Of a DNA stretch of 64,000 nt, positions 25,301 to 37,700 are shown piece after piece; position 1 is the first letter of the stretch; every line of letters starts with the position of its first letter. Origin of the DNA: Takakia lepidozioides (Eukaryota > Plantae > Bryophyta). The notes beneath the pieces were generated by a model that was not told where the DNA came from, did no database searches, and was given only the letters and a program-made list of their open reading frames with translations. The position numbers and the translations under genes are program-made. The stretch covers positions 73,656,001-73,720,000 of the forward strand of contig CM060732.1 in the NCBI GenBank assembly GCA_030704615.1, in the 5' to 3' direction.

Positions 25301-28300
25301 TTTGAGAGAGCTCAAAGCCTCACTCCCACCCTCAGTAGCATTTCCTGCTACAAAAGAAGGTGAAGTTGTCTCACCTGGATCCATCACAGCAACCAATAAA
25401 CCAACAGGTTAGTGATCCCTGTGGAACCCCAGGTTAAACCACTTCACATTTGTGATGAATGTCATCCCTACAGCAGTCATACTAGCAAAGAGAGGTGAGG
25501 TAAGGGAGGTCCTTTCATCGATTTCAGCTAGGAGTAGGTTCACAACTCAGCAGCACCTATTTCAGCCCATGCTCCAGAGGGAGGGTGTGGTGGTCTCATG
25601 ACAGTAAGCACCCATTCCCAAAAGTGAGGTGTTACTAGAGCCAATTCAAGCAAGAGAGGCCCTTGGTTTGCAAAAGTCTTCATAGATTCAAACAGCTGGT
25701 CAAGTCCATGTACTCATAGTGTCCATTTGTGTTGCCATACTGAGTGCTTAAAGAGCCTGAATGAGTACCTTGCTTGTAGCCATGGCTCACCAGGAAGGTG
25801 ACCACTCCTTCAGCTCTTGCCTGCTCTTCTTCCAAATGAGCTAGGGCTTATAACCTTTTAGGGCAGCTGCTGTAGGTTAAAACTTAGCTAATGAGTCATC
25901 CCGTTTTCTATTTTCTGTTCTGTTCTAGGTGAAATTTTCTGAACAGAATAACAAGATGAAGCAATTTTGTTCTTTGTGCCACATTCAAGGAAAAAGACGT
26001 TGTTTGCCGTAGCCTTGTGGCCATAGACCTCGCGCCCAGTTTGGGCTGAACAAGAGGGAACAGACACTACCTTTGTGAGTGGCTCACTCAGGTCCTGGGA
26101 CTTCACCACATAAAAGGAAAAAGAGAGAGTGAATGTAATTGTAAGACGTTGTCTGACAGAAAGAATGTACTCATAAGACGTTGTTTGCCGTAGCCTTGTG
26201 GCCATGGACCCCGCGCCCAGTTTGAGCGGAACAGAAAGGGACAGAACCTACCTTTGGCAGGGGCTGACGCCGGTAGTAAGACGTACCTTGGAATAAACAA
26301 TTGATCCAGGTTTTCCAGATATCCTCTGGAAACCCCTTTACACAAGTATCAACCTGCTGTGTGTGGTCTGACAGAAAGAGAGAGAGAGAGAGGACGCCAG
26401 CCAAAGTAGCATAAATGACAGCCTCCTTCCTTTGCAAGTACTGCCCCCTTTTCGTTTGTTTGCATAGACTATAGGCTACTCTCTTTCGGCAGCTGACTGC
26501 AGCTTGCCCGTGTTATGTGCAGAGGCTGCCTGCTTTCGGTGCCTCATTCAGTGGGCCACAAATGCGAACCATAGTCGGTGGTTGCTTGAGGGGATTAGAG
26601 GAGTGGAGAAAGGTGCGGTGGTCTGTTGAAGTGGAAGGGGTTCTCCTGGAGGCAGCACGTGCCACCAGTGCAGTACTACGCTGGCCGGGAGATCACCATA
26701 TTATATTCTATCAAGGGGAAATAATCCAAGTCTTGTTGGCATTATTGTCTGAGCCACTGACAAGGAAAGATGCATTCTCAACATCAAAGAGCAAGAGGGT
26801 AATGGAGGAATCACCCACCAAGGGTAGAGTAGACTGCCAGCCGTTTGCTACTGGCAAACTTAATCCAATGTTATGGCCCCTTGTTTGGGAGATTATTGGC
26901 TGGCTAGCTACTCACTGCAGATCACCCCTGGAGAAGGGCTCTCTCTCAGCAAAAAATTCGAAGGCAAAAGTTCTTGGTGGACTGCCTGCTTTTGCATGGT
27001 GAGTTTGTCTAAAAATCTGTCTCGCTATGATTGTGTCTATCAGTCAGATTTGGAGAAGCATTCTGGCTGCAGAAAAGTTCCACGTAAAGCTGTCATCAAT
27101 TTGCTGTCCATAACTTTGTCCGTCTGTTTTTCTGTTCATAAAGTGCATTCTCAGAGGTAGAACATCACATAATCACGAGTAGACACCCATGAAAGTGAAT
27201 TCTTCTGTCTCTGTCATTGTGTGCTTGTATGGGTTGTGATGGTACTTCTCAGAACGTGTTTCTGCATTCTATTCTATGGTGTGCCAGTACTTCACTGTTG
27301 AGGGCGCTACACAAAAGCGACCGAGGCCAGAGTGGGGCCAATAGGATGCACACAGAGGAGGCAGGTTGGGAGATTGAGGGGGTAACTATGGAGGAGCAAC
27401 AGATGAGTGGGCAAGAGGTTGTACAGATTTGTAAGGCAGTGCTGCTACTCCTTTCGTCACCATCCCAAGCCCTTTCAGCATCCACCAGGCTCTGCCTGAG
27501 TAATGCCCTAGAGCGGCATGGGCATGAATGGGTGCCTTGTTTGGTGGATACGCTTGCACTGGGCCATATTGGACCAACAGTTGTAAAGCCGGACAACCTG
27601 CAAACTGTCACAAATTTGTTGGCCCTGGCATGCTTCTCATGGCTGCCCATGTGTCTGGAGCTGTTGCTCCAGTGTAATGCACTTGAGGTTGTGCTTGCCG
27701 TTACCAATTCCCATGCTCAAAATGCCTTGGCTGGAAACATCAGTATGCCTGATTGTATGACAGGATGGAGCACTGTGAGTCGTGCAAGATCAGGCACTGC
27801 TGCGAAAATGTGCTGTGACGAAGTCATGAACTGGGAAGGAGGTGATCCTATTCTATTTGCAGCCCTGTGGGCATTTGCTAGACTGGCACAAGGCTCAGAA
27901 TGGGCAAGAGGTGTGGCAGGCAGTCTGAGGTCTGGAAGACTTGATTTTGATGGCTGCAGGAGAGGGGAGAACGGCCAAGTAGTGAGCATGCTATGGGAGC
28001 TAGCTGAGAACAACACGGTAGCTGCTGGTGTGCGTTGGTGGGCTGTTTGTGGGCTAGCATCCTTTGGCGTTTACGGGTTTCCTAGCACGCTGGGAAGAGA
28101 CCTTTGTCGAGCATTTGATGATTCCTTCTTGGCAGACATTGCCTTTGTCCTTGCTGATGGAAGTCGCTTACATGCACATGCGGCAATATTAGCAGCTCGA
28201 TGCCCGTCACTGTTGCCATCCCTCCTTGTCAAATCTCCTAGGGCCTCCTTGGCAAGCACAGTTGGGGATTCTGAGATGTGGTCGAGTTGGGAAGGTTCCA

Positions 28301-29977
28301 GTGTCAATGAGGCCACTGCGAGGCCTATTTGCAAAGAGGTTCATGTGTCTGGGCGTGTTTCATATGGAGCTCTGAGGGCTGTGATGGAGTTCGTGTATGC
28401 TGGCATGGTACACATTGACGTGACACAGATTGGTCAGGTAACAGTGCTTGCCAAGCGTTGTAGGCTGGAGCCATTGACTAGCCTTCTCCACTCCCAAGCA
28501 CCAGTCTGGGGTCTACCTCCTTCCCCTTGCGACCTTGCTTCAGCTCTAGGAAGTACTGGCACCCCTTTTGCGTGAGTTCTCTTCTTGTTCCTTGATTCTG
28601 TTGACATTTTGTCTTGGCATGACCTCACATGACATTTAGGTACCTCACAGTTTTAACTTCCGAAAAACACTCCTGCTATAAAACGAGTCACTCATTTATG
28701 GATACATTGTTTATCTATTTACTCAATTAATCACAGAGAGATTGCATTTGCTCTCTGTTTTACTTTGCAACTGCTCAGAGTTTATAGCGGGAGCAGCAGG
28801 CAGTATTAATGGAAACACAAGTGTATTAATTACAACTAATATTGTCTCCCACAATCGATGAAGTTGTGAGTTGTCTTTGGCATTCTTAGTTGGCTCTGGT
28901 ATGGCCCTTGAACATGAACTCGAAGCCAATCCTTCTTGGTGCAAGAAAGAAGCAAGCATGCTATATGTAGGAGCTGATTTCCGCAAATGATGCACTTGTT
29001 CTGGTGCAGAGACATTACACTGCAAGGAGACAGGCAGGGTGGTGCTGTTAAATCAAATGTGCCAGATAGACAGGGTAAAATCTGCCATGTGACTGCCGAC
29101 TATGCACATGCACATCGGGTTGTTTTGTCATCACGCTGTGAATATTTCCAAGCACTGTTCCGGTCGGGGATGCGTGACAGGTTGGCTTCCATCTATTAGT
29201 GCTGAGTGTTTTGGAGAATTCCATTGTTTCCCTGAGATTAAGCTGCAGAGACTCAATCTTGAGGGATTACATGGACTTTCATGTACATGTGGGCTTTGAA
29301 AGATTGCCAACATTCCGTAGAAGTACACAGTAATAGTATTCCATACACTTGCTTGGCAGTTGCTATTGGTTTCCTGTCACTTAGATCACAGTACTTTGTA
29401 AAGTAGGAATGAGATTGTCATTTTCAATAATCACGGAGAGGTCTTTAATGTTCAATGTGGTTGATGCTTTTCTGCCACCCTGATAGGTTGGATGGTTGGT
29501 TGGTCATGTGGATGCAGTGTTGTTGAAACCATCCACACACCATTATCTCAAGAACCTATGGAGGGGCTTATTTATTTCCTGTACACTGGGAAACTCTCGC
29601 GACTGACAAAGGCTGAGCAGGGTTGTGCGTGGAACTACCTAGAAAAACAAGAGCAGGTTGAGTGTCTTCAGGGCTTAATAGAGCTGTCTCAGCTGGCAGG
29701 TCAATGGCTGCTCCCTGAACTTCAAAAGGAGTGTGGGATGCTTGTGATGCAGCATCTGCAGCCTCCAAATCTGCATCTTGGCCCTCCTGTGCTTAGCCAT
29801 GCAGTCTTGTGTGAGCAGTGGGCTCTTGTGGAGATGTGTACGAACAGTATGGCCCCGGCCTACACCCATTTGCGTGATATAGGGGCTTTTGATCATTTTG
29901 ATGATGACTTGAAAGATCTGCTTCGTGCAGCACATGTTCAGCTTGCCCTAGCTGATTGTCAGCTGCAACCCACCTGA
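22352..29977 (+). CDS. ARM-like + BTB/POZ domain protein (At1g04390-like), about 8 exons
   Basis: Exon 1 from ATG 22352 (..LIVRMRAALQLGLR), ~22621-22762 (KWCNTDAEVQGQAVRAIAAF), ~23298-23817, ~24019-24140, ~26523-26998 (RWPGDHH), ~27287-28571 (WEGGD; FGVYGFPS; ADIAFVLADGSRLHAHAAILAARCPSLLP, first BTB), ~29010-29180 (HAHRVVLSSRCEYFQALFRSGMRD, second BTB), ~29518-29977. Confidence 0.88.
24298..25860 (-). mobile_element. Degraded non-LTR retrotransposon (L1/Tx1-like) inside a BTB-gene intron
   Basis: The 3' end encodes ..SFLEEIWKVRTNSLYQG..GHKATAKVL*, resembling the IW..RN..F C-terminus of L1-type ORF2. The same terminus recurs four more times in the window. The 5' limit is approximate. Confidence 0.5.
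24853..24907 (-). mobile_element. 21-bp 3'-end LINE insertion with a 17-bp TSD
   Basis: TAACTTTGTTACACAGA (24853-24869) + ATGTACTCATAAGACGTTGTT + TAACTTTGTTACACAGA (24891-24907). Confidence 0.8.
26151..26379 (-). mobile_element. ~200-bp 5'-truncated LINE copy with a 14-bp TSD
   Basis: GTCTGACAGAAAGA at 26151-26164 and 26366-26379 flanks an insert encoding ..EDIWKTWINCLFQG..GHKATANNVL*. Another partial copy lies at ~25995-26100. Confidence 0.8.
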
Positions 29978-31312
29978 CTGTCTTTGGTGAATGGAGCTGA
30001 AGAACCTTTTTAGGTCAGTCATTGATTCAAGCAGTATTGCTTCCGACATTTGGATTGGACGGGCTGGCTCCTCACAGCAGTGAATGGAATGTGAGCTGAT
30101 ATCAGGTAAAAACTCAACCCTCCATCTTCCTGTCAACTGACACATCTTCAATTTGTAAAGTTTTTTCTACGCAGTATTTAAAAGAAATATGTATCATGTC
30201 AATAGGCTTCTTAGTTTTACTTCAACTGTTGGATATTTCAAGGAATCCACTCGCTTCTGGAAGCCATGGAAGAGGTGCTGAGTATCTCAGTAGACTCTGA
30301 ATTCATGAGGCAGCCCAGGGTATTAGACATATGGTTCTGTTATCTGCTTCTTCCTGGTCGTGGGACAGATTCATATGACCCTCAGGAGGTTACCTTTAAT
30401 ATAAGTCAAATCTCATGAGGTTCCTACAGTCTGAATAAAGGTTGGACCAATAAGAGAGTGAGACGGTCCAGCTGTGGTCATATGTAGTGGGATCTTCCAA
30501 AAAGCTAGGTCAGCAGGTGAAATATGTTGAATTGAAGGTGGGCTGTACTGTGCAGGAATGTCTCAAGATAGCTGTACCTCACGACCCCAATGAGTCAAGA
30601 CAGTGTTTTATAAGGTTCCCAAGGATTCAGGTTGAGCCTTAGAACTTGAAAATAATGAAATTGGAGTGCATATTAGTCAATGCTATTGTCCAAACTGCTA
30701 TGCTGGAGATAGCGAAACTATATTGTTTGGATTGATCCAAAGTTAGGGGTCAATGTCTCAACATTATATCTGGCTTGATCAATATAGATACAAGGCTGAT
30801 CAATCGAGGTTTTGGAGAGAAAACTGTAGGTGGTAAATAGTGAAGCACCAAATTCCATTGAGCTGCAGAGTAATGGGACTGTCAAACAGCCTTGTAGATC
30901 TAAATGTGCCTGAGTAGCTGTGAAAAAGGGAGAGCTTTGCTCTCTGCAACTAGGTTGAGTCATGCGAGAGGCACATTTTGGCTGTTCACTGAGGCTCTTT
31001 TGTACTTGGCAGGGCTTTGCAAGTCCTTCCGGAGCATAACCGTGGCAAATGCATAGATTTTGTACAAGGCTCCGTATCTTGTTAGCCAAGGATTTTCTCT
31101 TTTTTCCTCTGTACTTTGGTTCATCAACGATGGCTCTTTCTTCCTGGGCTTGATGATATGTGCTGGTACTCAATAGTGGCTACTCCAAACCACCTTGTTA
31201 TGACCTAGAATTGGTTAGTTCATAGTCTGTTGTCCTTGGGCAAACTTTCATTCACGTACAAATAAGCTGAGATATGAAAGAGTTCCACTTCTAAGCAGTG
31301 TTTCAGCAAGCA

Positions 31313-31593
31313 GGTGGGCAACAAATTTGATCAGACCAATACCTCACTCAATACTAAGAAGTGATCCAGTCAGCACCATTCTCACTGCAGAAAAGTATGG
31401 AAGCATTCCAAGAGTTAGTATCCGAACTGAGGTTGACCACGCTTTGCCACCTGAGATGCAAGAGGTTTTCATTAAGCTCATTCCACCCACTCAGGTGCTC
31501 ACCATCAACTCTGATCACAGTCCTTTCTTCTCCGCCCCAGTTGAGCTGAATCAGATGCTCTTGAACATCGCCCATACACATATTGACCCTTGA
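31313..31593 (+). pseudogene. Orphan last exon of a methylesterase (MES/SABP2-type alpha/beta-hydrolase)
   Basis: WATNLIRPIP..EKYGSIPRVSIRTEVDHALPPEMQE..INSDHSPFFSAPVEL contains the catalytic Asp and His motifs. No upstream exons were found on this strand. Confidence 0.8.
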
Positions 31594-32133
31594 AGTCAGA
31601 TATGAACAGTGAGCCTGCACTGTGGGGAAATACAGGACTTCTAAGTACTGACACAGCCTGACCAATGCTGATGTGTTTCTTGTCAGTATTCTTTGATTTG
31701 ATTTGAATTGGCAACTGTACTGTCTACCTTGACTGTCATTACTCTACGAACTACCACATAGCTCGTTGTTTTCCTTAAACATGCGTTTGAATCGGATGGG
31801 TGTTTGCAGAGAACCAGAGAACCGTTGTTGAACATACAATCTTAGATGTACATATCTTTATCAATTCTAGTCTCACAAGGAGGTTTGCAATTAGCCGGCT
31901 AGTTTGCAACTGTGTGGTGGATGCAGCTGTATGCACCGCCCCCGTTTACTTGTGTACGGCTTATAATCTGAAGTGTCGAATGTCGAATGCACGTATTGTT
32001 TGTGTACTGTGCCTCCAGTGCTGGTTTTACTTGTCCTGAACCTATTTCGAAATGCTGTATTCAAGCCATTCCAGGTTAGGAAATGATTATCAGGGAATCT
32101 GGATTGGGTGGCATTTGAAGTGTGTGCGTGCAG

Positions 32134-33268
32134 GGAATCGTTTGGGGACGTAGCGATATTTCTATGCCTTTGGCATGTTCGCCGCGCTTGGCTGAAACAT
32201 TCGTGGCGTATGCCCGATCCATACACTCGCAATGATGTTTTGAAACAGCTTGGCGACGTAATGTACGGCATTAACGCTTGTGTGGGAGTCACCCGAGAAG
32301 AGTGGGCGCTGGAGTGACTGGAAGATTTGCATTATTCCTATTCGCTTGCGCGTGACTTCCTACATTATATCAAAATGGAATGGGTCCCAAAACTGAGCAT
32401 GTGGATCACGGGGGCTTGAAATATTCCCCATGCAAGTCAGGATACTAATGCCGCAATTGAATCTTGGCATGAAAATTTGAAGGTTCGTTTACGCTCGGGA
32501 AAGCAAAGGCTTGATGGCAGGAGAATTGATTGGCTGATCAGCGAATTCGTGGGTCCTGTTCTAACCCACTATTGGTATAGAGATAACTTGAAATCGAAAG
32601 GCTTCAAAAAGAATGTACGACAAGAGGAATTTATCAGCAATGTTGTTTGGATTGCGAGGGAGATCCCTGACGTCAATGTTCATTTGCCCACTGTTCCTGG
32701 TCATCCGGCGATTGTGGATAGTGTTCAAACGGCCGGTCGAAGCTACACAATCTATGCACCTGCAACCACCTGGGCTTGTTGCGATTGTCCATGGGCTTTG
32801 AAGGGTAACTTATGCAAACATCAAATCCACGTTCTTCAATTGATGAAGCCAAATCTGAAGGAAGGGCTTATTGTGAAGCTCTGTGGCACAAAGCTCGGGA
32901 CCATTCATGGAGGTCTTGACATGTTGATGAAATCGGAACTTCCAGATATTGATGCAGAGGAGGAAGTTGTGAATCTAGCAGAGCCTACGGAGTGCTCAGC
33001 ATCATCCCAGCGTGGTCGGCAGGAGCCGTCGGATGTTTCATCAATTGAATCTGAGATGAAGTCCTTGTCGCTTCTTGGCAATGAGAGTGAAACAATGCGC
33101 AAACATCTGCTTGCCGAGCTTCGTTGTGTTCGTGGGAGGCTATCCACTTTACAAGTCAGAATCGACAAAGGTCTGTTGCACCCTCTTCAGGCAGTTCCAT
33201 TCATAAAAAATGATGATGGAAACAACGTCCCTTGCCAGGAAAATAGATTTTGTAGACCGGTTCCATAG
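32134..33268 (+). mobile_element. C-terminal half of a Mutator-type DDE/SWIM transposase (pseudogenised)
   Basis: After acceptor TGCAG|: ESFGDVAIFLCLWHVRRAWL (CxxH), EWVPKLSMW, ASQDTNAAIESWH (catalytic E), RIDWLI, and the SWIM finger CDCPWALKGNLCKH (32780-32821). In-frame stops at ~32315 and ~32418. Confidence 0.85.
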
Positions 33269-33399
33269 TAAGTGACCATTGAGTCCATTGGCAATGAAAC
33301 TTATTTTGTGATCACCAGGTTTAATATGAAGTACATGTCTGTTCATGGGTTGTTATTCACTTTGCCATTCCATCCACATTCAACCTATGTAACCCACTC

Positions 33400-34740
33400 A
33401 ATGGGACACCCACAGGCCGGGGTGACACAACGCAGGGTTACACCGTCTGGGGTTTCATACGTAACATAGCTCTACTTGGTGTAACTCGCATCTGTGGTAC
33501 TCCACACAGTGTAACATAGACGAGTGTAACCCTCTTCAGTGTAACTCATTGTGGTATAACTCCAAGTATAACTGCAATGTAACTATCAACAGTATAACCC
33601 AGTATGTAACCCCATAGAATATTGCTGTCAGTGAGTGGTGTAACTCTAAGAATTATAAGTCGATGACTACAGTGTGACTACAGGGTCTGGGTTAGTCTGC
33701 CGGGGTTACATGACCCTTCAATACAAAGTGGGAAGACGTTGAAGTCGAGCACCTTTAGTCGCCAACACTAGCCCCTGTATGTGTAACCCCTCTATGTGCA
33801 ACCCCTCTATGTGTAACCCACCCTGCATGTGTAACCTATATATGTGTAACCCCTCTATGTGTAAGCAATTTAGGTGTATCCCACCCTATATGTGTAACCC
33901 CTCTATGTGTAACCCAATTTGTGTGTAACCCACCCTGTATATGTAACCCATGGATGTGTAATCCATGAGATAGATAATCATTCCGTTCAACCTATGTTAT
34001 GGACCAGTGTAGCCTTCCGGAGTGTAACTTGTTGTTGTGTAACCCCAAGAAATATGTATCCCGACCACATGTAACCCCCACTGTTGTCACCCCATCGCAT
34101 GTAACCCATTGTACAATTTGGGGTGCATGCTGTAAACCCCGATGCTACATCACCCCATCTTATGTATCCCCACGACACGTAGCCCTTGTATAGGCAACCC
34201 TGCCCACTGTCACTGTGCATAGTGTAACTCAGAACTGTGTAACCCTATTGAGTGAGTGTAACCCAGAGTGTTGTAACTCCAAGAAGTATCAAATGTCAGC
34301 CCCACTATTGTGACCCCATCGTATGTAACCCACTGTACATAGCCCTCATGTATGTAACCCCATGTAGTATAACTCTGAGAACTTCAGTGCACAAAAACTT
34401 CGATGCGGAAAAAAAAAAAAAAAAAAAAAAACAAGTGCGCATAGTCGAGGTGGGGTTGCATGCCACGAAACTCTACTGTTTCAGCTACGTGACCCTGACA
34501 TAGCCAGGAAGGCCCAACCATGTAACCCTGAGAGGCCCATTGCATGTAACCCATAAGAGTAACCCCATGTTGTGAGACCCGGCATGGTGTAACCCATCAC
34601 TTATGTGTGAACCCACAGAGTGTAAGCTTATTGCCCCAGGGCCCCAAGGTGTACCCAAGTACTTGTCTATGACTCCACTTCATGTAACCCAATAAGGTGT
34701 AACCCCATGTAAGCCCATTGCATGAAACCCAAACTGTGAA
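33400..34740. repeat. Dense TGTAACCC motif array between the transposase 3' end and the ULP1 gene 3' end
   Basis: Dozens of (G)TGTAACCC variants, e.g. ATGTGTAACCCCTCT units at 33779-33950; an A22 tract at ~34410. Confidence 0.85.
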
Positions 34741-34790
34741 GTGTTACGAACAAACCACATAGAAGCAAAAAATGCATCAAGAGACGCTAT

Positions 34791-37700
34791 TTATTTCTTT
34801 GGCCATTTGACCAAGTTTTTGTCCATCTCGTCACATAGCCAACTAATCATATGAGTACGGGAAGCTATCATGGTTGACTCGTCGAACCAACTTGCAGTAA
34901 ACGCCCACCTATGACGGGTTCGATCTTCTGTGATTTTCACATTGAACTTCCACTCCAAGTAAAATTGCACAAAACAAAGTGCATAATAGCCGCACTCCCA
35001 ACAGCTCCATTGCTGGGGGACACTGGCCTCAAACCATTCCATCCTCTCCATGACGTAACTGAAGTCATCAGATCCAGGCATGCAATCAAAGAACGCTATG
35101 GCAAAATTTCGCAAAATTCCTTCAATGAGTTTGGGTCGGGCAATGGTTTTATGGGAGTCCAAATGTATTATCCGACCTCGGCGCTCTAAAACAGCAACAC
35201 TCCAGTGATCACTGCAACACAAACAAAGCCGTAACGTTAGAATAGAAAAAAAACTCTCCAATGAAACCCATTGTGGTGTAATCCAGTAGTGTAACCCTTT
35301 GTATTGTAACTCTAAACGGTGTAACACAACTAATCAGCAGTGCAAATCCAAACTAGTGCAACTCAATGTAGAACAGAGGAGTGTAACCCAACATGATCAG
35401 TCAACTCTCAAATTACTTACTTGAAGACAATAGGGATGACAACCACGTCCACAAGATCTCGATTCTTTGTGAACACCATCCCTCGGGCATCCTGAGTATA
35501 CCATACTTGCACCAACCCGAATAGCGTCTGCAGATCGTTACCATTGGTACGCCTGACATGCCACTGGAAAGGAGCACAGATGACAAACTCAGGTCCGATA
35601 GCCTTAAGCAATTTGGCCTCCAGAAGTTTGTTGTAACCCGAGAGCAATGCATCTGTGACTGTTGCTTTTATTTTATACATCAGCTCAAAATTTGTCTCTT
35701 CCAAGTAAAACTGTAACGGGGTAGAAGCCAGGAAGGCATCGCCATAATAAAACTTCACTTCGGGCACCCCAGGAGGGTCCGACACCATTCTGAACTTCGT
35801 CAAGTACTGTAGTTTTAGTCTGCACAAATCTCATAATTTACCTCTACATTATTTAAGAGGAGATGGCAGAGGAGAGCTCCGCATTTTGCGGTGAGGGAGA
35901 GAGGGCCCGAGGGTCGTCTATGGTTCCCAGCAAGCACCGACTACCCCTCGACCTCACGAAGCAGGAGAAGCTCAGGAGGATCAGATCCTGGCTCAACCAG
36001 TCTCCTTCATCGCTTTATCTCATTTGGTGACCCCAAGCAAACCTCCTTTACTCCCAGCCGCCTTTTGGAGGTCCTCCCCTCTAACACCCAACCTCGGATG
36101 CCACACCATCCCCGTTCTCTGTCCATTCAGTAGGCCTTCATCATTCCCCCATCAATGGCAGCCCGCAGGACAAGAGCAAATCAACCCAATAGGGACACGA
36201 TGAGTGTGACCCGCGTGCATTCCTGGATACTATACTGAAAGAAACCGCACATTACGAACATTACGATGCATCATACAAGAGTTATAATCAATATTCGCAA
36301 TCAGAGAGGATAAAAGTACAATGAGGTACCTCGAACGCTCCCGCAAGTGCTTGGCAAGGACCTCTTGCTGCTGGACAACGTCAACCTCGGAGACCCCTGC
36401 ACTTTTTCCTTTCGATTTGGTTCGCTGTTTTTTGGGTGTGACAAGAACATGTACTTCTTTGTCAGCGCTAGGGGGTTCAGCCAACTGCTTTCTTTGAGCA
36501 GGCGGCTGTTTTGACCTCCTGGGATTCTCTACAACCCTGACAATGCCGCCGGTAGGGAGAATTTTTGGGCCAGATGTGCCTTGTTCTCACGCTTCTCAGT
36601 GTCACCCTTCTCTTCGGCTACCTCCTCAGTGTCACGCTTCTCAGTGTCACCCTTCTCTTCGGCTACCTTCTCAGTGTCACTATTCTCGGTGTCACCCTTC
36701 TCTTTGGCTGCCTTATCAGAGTCACTCTTCACAGTGTCACCCTTCTCATCGGGTTGCTTCCCAGTGTCACCCTGCTGAGTAACAATCTTATGTGTGTCAC
36801 TCTTCTCAGTGTCACGATGCTCCGCAACATCCTTCTCTTCGTGAGTCTCCATAGTGAAAACGCTTCTCAGTGTGACCCTGCTCTGTGTCACCCTTCCAAC
36901 TGACAATCCTCGGTGACACCCTTCCCCGTGTCACCCATGTCGATGTCACTCTTCTTTGCATCAACCTCCTCAATGCCATCCTTGACTGTGTCGCCCTTCT
37001 CCGCACTGTCACCCTTCAAGACCATGTTGACTAGCGGAAGAGCATCATCCGTCGCGACTAGTGGCCGTGGCAAATGAGTGTCACCCTCCACGACTAATGA
37101 TAGTGGAGTGTCATCCATGGCAGTGTTATACTCACAGACATCTGCCATGTGGGTTGGCTGTGGGGTGTCACCCCTACCAGTGTAACCCATGTCAATGTCA
37201 TTCTCAACGGAAGTTGCAGTGTTCACGGGCAATGGTGTGTCACCCACGACAATGTCCTTCACGGCAGTGTTAGCCACACCGGTATCCGCAGTGTCACCCT
37301 GAGGTGCAGTGTAACCCTCCTTCCCTGTTGCTCCTCTCTGCGCAGTGTCACCCTCAGGTGCAGTGTAACCCTCGGTTTCAGGGCCTCCTCCCCTTGCAGT
37401 GTCACCCTCCGCATCAATGTGACCCACAAAGGCTCGGTGACTGTCTGTCTGCTCAATCCCCCAGACAATGTCACCCTCAATACTGACCACCTCCTCCAAT
37501 GTGACATGTTGTGGCGCGAAATGACTTGGATCTTCGGTCTGCATCATTCGAACAATGTCATTCTGAGAGAGGTTGACCACATGATCCTCACAAATACTTA
37601 CATTGCTGCATGGAGGGTTCAACCCAGCATCTCCAGATTCAAAGTCATACACAGACTCTGGGTCAAACGGGTCCCTGGTTCTTCGATTAAGACCTCCAAA

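Noticed and set aside
30718-31173. 151-aa minus-strand ORF
   Set aside because: No recognisable motif or splice context; it is not the missing methylesterase exon.
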